From positions 1 to 14,685 of the forward strand of contig JAFATZ010000023.1 in NCBI GenBank assembly GCA_019243675.1: a stretch of DNA of 14,685 nucleotides, in the 5' to 3' direction. The first letter of the stretch is position 1, and every line of letters begins with the position of its first letter. The position numbers and the translations under genes are program-made. The DNA comes from Ktedonobacteraceae bacterium (GTDB lineage: Bacteria > Chloroflexota > Ktedonobacteria > Ktedonobacterales > Ktedonobacteraceae). The notes beneath the pieces were generated by a model that saw only the letters and a list, made by a program, of their open reading frames with translations, did no database searches and was not told where the DNA came from. Shown here piece by piece: positions 8,381-14,685 of this stretch.

Positions 8381-9007
8381 ATGGCACAACGAGTAGAACT
8401 TGCGGTAACTCCACGTAACGTTATGGGCAAAGCCAATAATCGCCTGCGTAAAGCGGGGATTATTCCTGCAAACATCTCTGGGCACAAACAGGCGTCACAG
8501 GCTATACAAGTAGAGGCTGTACCCTTCGACCGTCTGCAGCGTGCTCATGCAGCAACCAAAATTGTCACCCTAAAACTACCTGACAATACTACTCAGACAG
8601 TGCTCATTCGTCACGTGCAGCGTGGTCCCCGGTCGGGCAAGATTGTGCATATCGAATTTTCCCGTGTAAGCTTGCACGAACAGGTCACGGTTAAAGTTCC
8701 CTTACATTTCGTCGGTGAAGCCCCCGCTGTCAAACTTGAGAGTGGCGTTCTGCTGCACCTGCTGGATACTCTCGAAGTAGCATGCTCGGCGTCCGATATT
8801 GTTGAACACATTGATGTTGACGTCTCAGGCCTAGAACACATCGACTCGATACTGCATGCTAGCGATGTAAAGCTACCAGCTAACTACACGCTGGTAACGG
8901 CCTCCGATGAAGGCGTCGTCAAGGTAGCGGCGACTCGCGCTGAAGCAGCAGCGACTCCTGCAGAGGCTCCTACCACCACCACACCACCAGAAGCAAGTGG
9001 TCAATAA
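8381..9007 (+). CDS. rplY: 50S ribosomal protein bL25, long Ctc (general stress) form, with an Ala/Thr/Pro-rich C-terminal tail.
   Basis: Collinear with Bacillus Ctc: N-terminal RNA-binding beta-barrel, then VKVPLHFVGEAPAVKLESGVLLHLLDTLEV, then C-terminal domain. Confidence 0.8.
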   Translation: MAQRVELAVTPRNVMGKANNRLRKAGIIPANISGHKQASQAIQVEAVPFDRLQRAHAATKIVTLKLPDNTTQTVLIRHVQRGPRSGKIVHIEFSRVSLHEQVTVKVPLHFVGEAPAVKLESGVLLHLLDTLEVACSASDIVEHIDVDVSGLEHIDSILHASDVKLPANYTLVTASDEGVVKVAATRAEAAATPAEAPTTTTPPEASGQ

Positions 9008-9025
9008 GAGGAGCGAGCGACAGAC

Positions 9026-10423
9026 ATGCGTATTATGATTGTGACCGACCAGTATCCCCCAATGATAGGTGGTGTACCTACGGTAACGCACGGTCTAGCC
9101 GTTGACCTCGTGAAACGGGGACATCAGGTCTGGGTTCTGGCACCCAGCTACGGCCCACACAATGTACATAGGCTCGAACAAGGCGTGCGCGTCTATCGCT
9201 TCTCCTCTTTTGAGTGGCCCACTCATGAAGGGGTACGTATAGCCTTTCTGCCTTTCGTAGCTATGCGTCATCTGCTCAAGAAGAGCGATCCGCATATTAT
9301 TCACATTCACTCGCCAATCATACTGGGCAATATTGCCCAGATTTTGGCGGAGGGCGAACGTAAACCCGTCATTGTTACCAACCACTATCTACCTATAAAT
9401 GTGAGCCGTACGCTGGCTAGGGATCCTTTGCTTGGCAAGCCTTTCAGTGATGTCACGTATAGCTATCTGGTCCATTTCTGTAACCGCTGTGAGTACGTCA
9501 CTGCTCCCACACAGACGGCTCTGGACCTGTTATACGAACACGGACTACACGTACCTGCTAGGGCTATCTCTAATGGCATCAACCTACAAAAATTTTCGCA
9601 AGGTGAGCGTGATCCAGACATTCGACGTCGCTTCAACCTGCCCGAAGACCGCCCGCTTGCTCTTCACGTTAACCGCTTGAGCGAGGAAAAACGTAACGAC
9701 GTACTGCTCGATGCCGCTGCTAAAATGCAGGGCAATGGCCACATCGCTCTTGTAGGAACTGGGCCAGCAGAGACAGAGCTACGTACACAGGCAGAGCGCC
9801 TGAACCTGGGCGATCGTGTGAGCTTTTTGGGCTTTGTGCCTGATGCTGACTTGTTGGCACTGCGCCGCTCTTGTGAGGCGTTCGTCATTCCCTCACAAGC
9901 CGAATTGCAAAGTCTCTCGACAATGGAGGCTATGGCTTGTGGCCTTCCGGTGATTGCGGCTGACGCATATGCTCTGCCGGAGTTAGTACATCACGGCAAA
10001 AACGGCTTTCTGTTCCAGGGTGGCAATAGCGATGAGTTAGCACACTATCTGGATGTGCTACTGGCCGATGCGGAGCTACGCGCATGCATGGGCGCAGAGA
10101 GCCTGAAGATCATTGCTACCCATGACCGTGTGCAAGTAGTAGACGAATGGGAGGCCCTCTATCAGCGTCTGGACAGCGAGTTTAGCGAGGTCAAAGAGCG
10201 TCGCATGCAGATGCGTATGCGACGTGTGCATTCTAGCTACACTCCAACCAAAGCATTACGCCTAGCCTCTCAGCGCACAGGTGATCTCGTGCTCAGTCAA
10301 AAACTAGTGAGTAGGACAATGCGGCGTACCTACGAGGAATCGTCACAGTCAGAAAGGATTACGTCCAGCGACGACGCAAAAGCCGTGCAAAGCCGCGCTC
10401 GATATCCCAACGCAACTGAGTAA
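9026..10423 (+). CDS. GT4-family (group 1) glycosyltransferase with a ~90-aa basic, low-complexity C-terminal extension.
   Basis: GT4 N-domain MRIMIVTDQYPPMIGGVPTVTHGLAVDLVKRGHQVWVLAP. C-domain EX7E region EAMACGLPVIAADAYALPELVHHGKNGFLF. RBS AGAGGAG upstream. Confidence 0.85.
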   Translation: MRIMIVTDQYPPMIGGVPTVTHGLAVDLVKRGHQVWVLAPSYGPHNVHRLEQGVRVYRFSSFEWPTHEGVRIAFLPFVAMRHLLKKSDPHIIHIHSPIILGNIAQILAEGERKPVIVTNHYLPINVSRTLARDPLLGKPFSDVTYSYLVHFCNRCEYVTAPTQTALDLLYEHGLHVPARAISNGINLQKFSQGERDPDIRRRFNLPEDRPLALHVNRLSEEKRNDVLLDAAAKMQGNGHIALVGTGPAETELRTQAERLNLGDRVSFLGFVPDADLLALRRSCEAFVIPSQAELQSLSTMEAMACGLPVIAADAYALPELVHHGKNGFLFQGGNSDELAHYLDVLLADAELRACMGAESLKIIATHDRVQVVDEWEALYQRLDSEFSEVKERRMQMRMRRVHSSYTPTKALRLASQRTGDLVLSQKLVSRTMRRTYEESSQSERITSSDDAKAVQSRARYPNATE

Positions 10424-10450
10424 CATGATAGCGCACCCAGCCGCTACATA

Positions 10451-10477
10451 TCTCCCACCACGAGTCTTGTGGGGAGA
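10451..10477. terminator. Imperfect hairpin (tctcccac / loop cacgagtctt / gtgg[g]gaga) in the convergent GT4-plsX intergenic region. Possibly a U-tract-poor terminator.
   Basis: 8-bp stem with one bulge, read from the sequence, 28 nt after the GT4 stop. No clear T-tract on either strand. Confidence 0.2.
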
Positions 10478-10578
10478 GTAGCTTTGGTCGTTGACCAGGC
10501 ATATACACTGGCACGAGAGATTGAGAAAAGTGGAGAATGTGATACTCAGGTTTATTAGGCATGCAGTAATTTCTCCTT

Positions 10579-11610
10579 TTAGGGATGGCCGCCCTTAAGA
10601 ACCTCCAGCTTTGCCTGCCCATCGGCAATCGCTGTCGCTACTCCCATATCTGCTACTTCACGCGCTACGCGTAGAGCATTTTTGATGGCCTTGGCGTTGG
10701 AACGACCGTGTGCAACGATAGCGGAACCATTGACCCCAAGCAATGGTACACCGCCATACTCCGCGTAGTCTAAGCGTTTAAAGACTCGACGCAGTCCAGG
10801 ACGCAAGACAGCGGCAGCCAGTTTGCTCGCCAGCGAACTGCTCATTTGCGTACGAAGCACCTCTAGTAGCGTTTCGACAAGTCCTTCGCTTAGCTTGAGA
10901 ACGACGTTGCCCACAAAACCATCGCATACTACCACATCAACTTCCCCAGTAGGAATATCGCGTCCCTCCACGTTGCCAATAAAGTTGAGACCAAGGGCAG
11001 CGGCATTTGCTTTGAGCAGTTGATGGGTCTCAATAACCTGTTGATTTCCCTTCGTCTCCTCTTCACCATTAGCCAACAGGCCAACACGGGGCGATGGTAT
11101 ATTGAAGATGCGCTGCATGTAAATCGATCCCATCAGTGCAAATTGTTGTAGATAGTCGGGCTTGCAGTCAGTGTTAGCCCCCATATCTATGACAAAACAA
11201 ACACTCTTTTTGGTAGGAAATATGCTGCCTAAAGCCGGGCGATCCACGCCTGCTATACGCTTGAGCACAAAAAGAGAGGCCGCCATCATTGCACCGCTGT
11301 TTCCCGCAGAGACGGCTCCTAGTGCAGCGCCATCGCGCACAAGTTGTAGAGCCAGCGTCATGGATGCGTTTTTCTTACGGCGCACAGCATTTGCCGGATG
11401 CTCATCCATCTCGATAACTTCGTCAGTATGTAGGATGGGCAGATCTAACCCGCTCGTATCGTGCCTAGCTAGTTCAGCACGAATAACTTGCTCGCGCCCA
11501 ACCAGATAGACGCCCATTCCATACTCACGAGCAGCTTGCACAGCCCCCAGCACGACCTCGCCGGGAGCATTATCGCCGCCCATGGCATCAAGAGCCACAC
11601 GGACATTCAT
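10579..11610 (-). CDS. plsX: Phosphate acyltransferase PlsX (acyl-ACP:phosphate transacylase).
   Basis: N-terminal MNVRVALDAMGGDNAPGEVV and overall collinearity with PlsX (GNVEGRDIPTGEVDVVVCDGFVGNVVLK). RBS GGAG 7 nt upstream. Confidence 0.92.
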   Translation of the reverse strand: MNVRVALDAMGGDNAPGEVVLGAVQAAREYGMGVYLVGREQVIRAELARHDTSGLDLPILHTDEVIEMDEHPANAVRRKKNASMTLALQLVRDGAALGAVSAGNSGAMMAASLFVLKRIAGVDRPALGSIFPTKKSVCFVIDMGANTDCKPDYLQQFALMGSIYMQRIFNIPSPRVGLLANGEEETKGNQQVIETHQLLKANAAALGLNFIGNVEGRDIPTGEVDVVVCDGFVGNVVLKLSEGLVETLLEVLRTQMSSSLASKLAAAVLRPGLRRVFKRLDYAEYGGVPLLGVNGSAIVAHGRSNAKAIKNALRVAREVADMGVATAIADGQAKLEVLKGGHP

Positions 11611-11621
11611 ATTTTTCTCCG

Positions 11622-11993
11622 CTAGGGTTCTCCAATGGTCGATTTGACCAACTCCACTAACTTGTCCAGGTCAAAAGGCTTGTAGACAATATGCACAACC
11701 CCTGCCTCGCGGAATTCCTTCTCTTCATTTACAGCCCCTAGGAAGGCGGTCACGACAATCACCGGTATCTTGTGATGAATACCCATTGCCATGAGCTTTA
11801 ACTCGTCGCGACCATCCAAGTATGGCATCATTATATCGAGCAATACGAGATCAGGCTGATGTTCGCGTACAGCATCATAGAAACGCAAGCTTTGCGTTAT
11901 CATATAGGTCTGGTAGCCCTCTTCCGCTAGTGCCTCTGTTAACAGATTGGCAATAGCTGGGTCGTCATCCACGATAAGTATTTTTTTTGCCAT
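11622..11993 (-). CDS. Stand-alone CheY-like receiver domain response regulator, 11 nt upstream of plsX. The ORF track extends it to 12032, but the start is more likely at 11993.
   Basis: Complete receiver motifs: IVDDD, phospho-acceptor in LVLLDIMMPYLDG, VVTAF, YKPF. No output domain. A predicted minus-strand extended -10 (revcomp of 12044-12052) would place the TSS near 12036, which favours the internal ATG with an RBS. Confidence 0.82.
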   Translation of the reverse strand: MAKKILIVDDDPAIANLLTEALAEEGYQTYMITQSLRFYDAVREHQPDLVLLDIMMPYLDGRDELKLMAMGIHHKIPVIVVTAFLGAVNEEKEFREAGVVHIVYKPFDLDKLVELVKSTIGEP

Positions 11994-12043
11994 AAAGTAA
12001 CAGTTCCCTCTTCTAACAAAACGACGAAGCACTGCTTAGCAAC

Positions 12044-12052
12044 CATTATAAC
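12044..12052 (-). promoter_or_regulatory. Minus-strand extended -10 (TGtTATAAT) candidate promoter for the receiver-plsX unit.
   Basis: Revcomp of 12044-12052 reads TGTTATAAT. The -35 is weak. Confidence 0.35.
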
Positions 12053-12101
12053 ACTATGTCATGCACACTGTACTAATGAGAATAAATAAGGACTCCACAG
12101 C

Positions 12102-12158
12102 TTGACAACGTAGTGCATTTGTACTACTGTACCTAGACACGAGATGGTAGTACAAATG
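12102..12158 (+). promoter_or_regulatory. Candidate kinase promoter (-35 TTGACA 12102-12107, 17-bp spacer, -10 TACTGT 12125-12130). It is overlapped by a perfect 12-bp inverted repeat CATTTGTACTAC (12116-12127) / GTAGTACAAATG (12147-12158), the arms separated by 19 bp, which ends 1 nt before the kinase ATG.
   Basis: Inverted repeat and hexamers read directly from the sequence. Four GTAC cores lie within ~90 bp of this divergent intergenic region. Confidence 0.4.
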
Positions 12159-12159
12159 T

Positions 12160-14154
12160 ATGGAAAGTAGGTCTATGGCCCTTTCATCTCCCCTATTTTG
12201 CGACTATTGCGGAGCAGCAAATCGTTCGCAGGCTGTCTACTGTTCTGCCTGTGGTCAAACCTTACATGCTTCTCGTTCGACGACCAACACACAGACGGGC
12301 CTACTGGCGCATAAGCACATGTTGAAACAGCGCTACGTCATCCTCGCTCAAGTAGGGCGCGGTGGCTTCGGTGCTGTCTACAAAGCGGCAGATAGTCAGT
12401 TTGGCAATCGCCTAGTTGCTATCAAGGAGATGAGCCAGAGCAAACTGAGCGCGCAGGAATTGCTGCAGGTGACAGAGGCTTTTAAGCACGAAGCTCTCCT
12501 CTTAGCTAGTCTGACGCACCCGAATCTTGCACGCGTCTATGAACAGTTCACCGATGCTGGTCGTTCGTATCTGGTGATGGACTTTATTGAAGGCGAGACA
12601 CTGGAGTCCCACCTGGATAAACTGGGTAGCAAACTACTACCGTTGCAAGAAGTACTCGACATAGGTTTGCAACTCTGCTCAGTGCTCGACTACTTACACA
12701 CGCGCCAGCCACCCATCATCTTTCGCGACCTCAAGCCCGCAAATATCATGCTGACTCCTAAAGGCCACATCTATCTGATCGATTTCGGTATCGCGCGCCA
12801 CTTCAAACCCGGTCAGAGCAAAGACACGACTGCACTGGGATCGTCGGGCTATGCTGCACCGGAGCAGTATGGGAAGACTCAAACCACGGCTCTCGCCGAC
12901 ATTTATGCTCTCGGTGCAACATTGCATCAGTTGCTCACAGGCGATAATCCGGCAGACTCGCCTTTTCACTTCGCTCCTCTCGACGCTAGCAGCCAGCCCA
13001 TTTTGACTGAATTGAATACGCTATTACAGGCAATGCTAAGTGTGGAGATAGGCAAAAGGCCAGCGAGTGCTGCCAACGTCAAGCAAGAATTGCTACGTAT
13101 CGCGACGCAGCACACAGTGGCACTAACACATTCATTGCAGTACGGTACAAGTGCATACAAGGCACAGGCAAAAGCTTCGCGGGCGGCGAAGGGAACGCGT
13201 TCGACTCCCACACCGCAACTACAACCACAGTCCAACACCGTCTATATCTGCTACGGGCATAGTGGGCGCGTCACAGGGCTGGGCTGGTCACCCGATGGTA
13301 AGCGCCTAGCTTCGACGAGCTATGATAAAACAGTCCACATGTGGGATGCGACTAACGGAAACACTCTGCATACCTACAAGGGGCACGTCGCACATGTCAA
13401 CGCTCTGGCATGGTCGCCCGATAGCAAGTCTGTCGCCACGGCCAGCGATGATGGAACTGTACACATCTGGGATGCTACGACGGGCATTTTCAAGATGAGC
13501 TATGCCGGGCGCAGCGGTTCTGTCGAGACTCTTGCCTGGTCGCCTAATGGTCGGCACATCGCCTCAGCAGGCAAAGACAAGACGGTTCATGTCTGGGATG
13601 CAACAACGTGTACACAGCTCTCTATTTATCGCGAGCATACGTACCCGCTGCGCGCCCTGGCATGGTCGCCTGATGGCAAGCGTCTCGCTTCTGGAGGCGA
13701 GGGTATGACAGTGCATATCTGGGATGCGCACAGAGGGCAACAGAAGTATCCTTTCTTCAGCATATTCTTCTCATCTAGCAGAGGACGCCTGCGCCTTAGC
13801 GGACACAATGGGCGTATTAATAGTCTTGCCTGGTCGCCCGATGGTCGCCACCTTGCTGCAGCAAGTAGCACGGGCCAGCTTCTCATCTGGGACATGCTCA
13901 CTACCGCTCTCACGTTCTCTAAAGCGACGAGTACAGCCATGAAAAATGTCGTAGTCTGGTCACCTAGCGGAAAGCAGCTCGCTGTCAGTAGCAACGACAA
14001 AACAGTGCAAATCTGGCATGTCGCCAACAAGAGCATGACCCACGTCTATCGCGGTCACCTCGGCTATGTCACCGCGCTAGCCTGGTCGCCCGATGGCACG
14101 CGCATCGCCTCGGGTGGTGTGGACCGCACTATACAGGTGTGGCGGGTCGTATGA
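12160..14154 (+). CDS. Hanks-type Ser/Thr protein kinase with an N-terminal double-Cys zinc ribbon and a C-terminal 7-blade WD40 beta-propeller (PkwA-like architecture).
   Basis: Zn ribbon CDYCGAANRSQAVYCSACG (nt 12199-12255). Kinase motifs GRGGFGAVYKA, VAIKEM, catalytic loop IIFRDLKPANIM (F in place of the usual HRD His; codon TTT at 12721-12723), DFG in IDFGIAR, APE in GYAAPEQ. Seven W-S-P-D/N/S-G...D-K-T-V-x-I/V-W-D repeats from nt ~13255. Confidence 0.9.
   Translation: MESRSMALSSPLFCDYCGAANRSQAVYCSACGQTLHASRSTTNTQTGLLAHKHMLKQRYVILAQVGRGGFGAVYKAADSQFGNRLVAIKEMSQSKLSAQELLQVTEAFKHEALLLASLTHPNLARVYEQFTDAGRSYLVMDFIEGETLESHLDKLGSKLLPLQEVLDIGLQLCSVLDYLHTRQPPIIFRDLKPANIMLTPKGHIYLIDFGIARHFKPGQSKDTTALGSSGYAAPEQYGKTQTTALADIYALGATLHQLLTGDNPADSPFHFAPLDASSQPILTELNTLLQAMLSVEIGKRPASAANVKQELLRIATQHTVALTHSLQYGTSAYKAQAKASRAAKGTRSTPTPQLQPQSNTVYICYGHSGRVTGLGWSPDGKRLASTSYDKTVHMWDATNGNTLHTYKGHVAHVNALAWSPDSKSVATASDDGTVHIWDATTGIFKMSYAGRSGSVETLAWSPNGRHIASAGKDKTVHVWDATTCTQLSIYREHTYPLRALAWSPDGKRLASGGEGMTVHIWDAHRGQQKYPFFSIFFSSSRGRLRLSGHNGRINSLAWSPDGRHLAAASSTGQLLIWDMLTTALTFSKATSTAMKNVVVWSPSGKQLAVSSNDKTVQIWHVANKSMTHVYRGHLGYVTALAWSPDGTRIASGGVDRTIQVWRVV
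13255..14151 (+). repeat. Intragenic imperfect tandem repeats with ~126-bp period that encode the seven WD40 blades (recurrent gcNtggtcgccYgatggY motifs).
   Basis: Recurrent nucleotide motifs at about 13282, 13408, 13534, 13660, 13834 and 14083. The blade 4-5 linker is longer (the FFSIFFSSSRGRLRL insertion). Confidence 0.6.
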
Positions 14155-14236
14155 ATTTCAAGATGCTGCCTGATAAATCACAGGTTTGTACCTAGCTGGC
14201 GGTATCGGGTGGACTTCAGGAAGCAGAAAAGACTGA

Positions 14237-14685
14237 TTACCCGGTTTTCGGGAATGCCAGATTGAGAGATGAAATGGCCTGATCCGCTTTGATGGCCGCT
14301 TCGATATCTCCCTTCATCCAACGAGTGCCTACGATGCCTGTCAGCCCGGCCAGAGCTAGAGCAGGTGTGCAGGTAATGAGCATAGCGAGAGCTAGATCGT
14401 GACCAGCCAGATTCTGCACGAAATGGGTGCCGCCCGTGGGGTCGAAAGAGCGAGCCAGGATACCTACTAGGCTGGGCGCGAAGGTATCTCCCAGACCATG
14501 CGCAAGAAATAGCGTGACCGCCACAGATGAAGCCCGCAAGGCTGAGGGGACTACATCCTGGGTTGCAGCTGTGCTGGGCCCTGTATAAAAGGTGACAAAG
14601 ATACCTGTGAAGGCAAAGCAGAACGTGAAAAGCAGAAAGCTGTGGACGATCAGTGAGAAGGCAAAGGTTGGCACGCTCAACAGAA
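14237..14685 (-). CDS. C-terminal portion of a polytopic membrane transporter, MFS-like. The 5' end lies beyond the window.
   Basis: Frame open to the window edge. Hydrophobic helices and MFS-like motif LFLAHGLGDTFAPSLVGILA. The stop is the TAA read as tta at 14237-14239. Confidence 0.55.
   Translation of the reverse strand, partial: LLSVPTFAFSLIVHSFLLFTFCFAFTGIFVTFYTGPSTAATQDVVPSALRASSVAVTLFLAHGLGDTFAPSLVGILARSFDPTGGTHFVQNLAGHDLALAMLITCTPALALAGLTGIVGTRWMKGDIEAAIKADQAISSLNLAFPKTG

Noticed and set aside
10581-10609. Hairpin-like AGGGatggccgCCCT next to a T-run, which looked like an intrinsic terminator
   Set aside because: It lies inside the plsX coding sequence (it encodes the C-terminal LEVLKGGHP). 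Any T-run is on the wrong side for either strand.
10359-10628. 89-aa minus-strand ORF spanning the GT4/plsX junction
   Set aside because: Overlaps the ends of two well-supported convergent genes. No RBS.
12721-12729. Possibility that FRD (instead of HRD) marks a pseudokinase
   Set aside because: The catalytic Asp, VAIK Lys, helix-C Glu, DFG and APE are all present. The His is structural rather than catalytic, so the enzyme is probably active. Kept as an oddity, not called a pseudokinase.
13626-14036. 136-aa minus-strand ORF (and other short antisense ORFs at 12694-13557)
   Set aside because: Antisense to the kinase-WD40 gene. No start context.
1-14685. Searched for CRISPR arrays, tRNA/rRNA genes, transposases, integrases, phage genes and toxin-antitoxin pairs
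   Set aside because: No direct-repeat/spacer periodicity, no cloverleaf-compatible intergenic segments (all are <160 bp), and no recombinase-like ORFs. The window looks like core chromosome, not a mobile or defense island.

Overview
This window looks like chromosomal DNA from a moderate-GC bacterium. The gene content (a Hanks kinase fused to a 7-blade WD40 propeller, a RicT/YaaT homolog, PolX, YabN-type MazG) resembles Chloroflexi/Ktedonobacteria-like or Firmicute-like genomes. That taxonomic guess is inference only. I see no CRISPR array, tRNA/rRNA gene, transposase or integrase.

Gene order:
- 5'-truncated class I-beta DAHP synthase (+)
- orphan ANTAR-type response regulator (+)
- RicT/YaaT (PSP1) homolog with an extra Cys/Gly-rich C-terminal tail (+)
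- polytopic SPFH/band-7 membrane protein (+)
- small zinc-ribbon two-TM membrane protein (-)
- a tightly spaced co-directional run (+): MazG/YabN NTP pyrophosphohydrolase, unknown 155-aa protein, PolX with PHP domain, ribosomal protein bL25/Ctc, GT4 glycosyltransferase
- PlsX preceded by an orphan CheY-like receiver (both -)
- divergently, a zinc-ribbon-Ser/Thr kinase-WD40(x7) protein (+)
- 3' part of an MFS-like transporter (-, truncated by the window end)

Most of the content is housekeeping. Points worth a second look:
- the ANTAR-RicT(Cys tail)-SPFH cluster
- the candidate MazG-unknown-PolX operon
- the two orphan receivers
- GTAC-rich inverted repeats in the divergent receiver/kinase promoter region
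- a near-palindrome over a predicted extended -10 upstream of the ANTAR gene

I cannot point to one clearly novel system with confidence.
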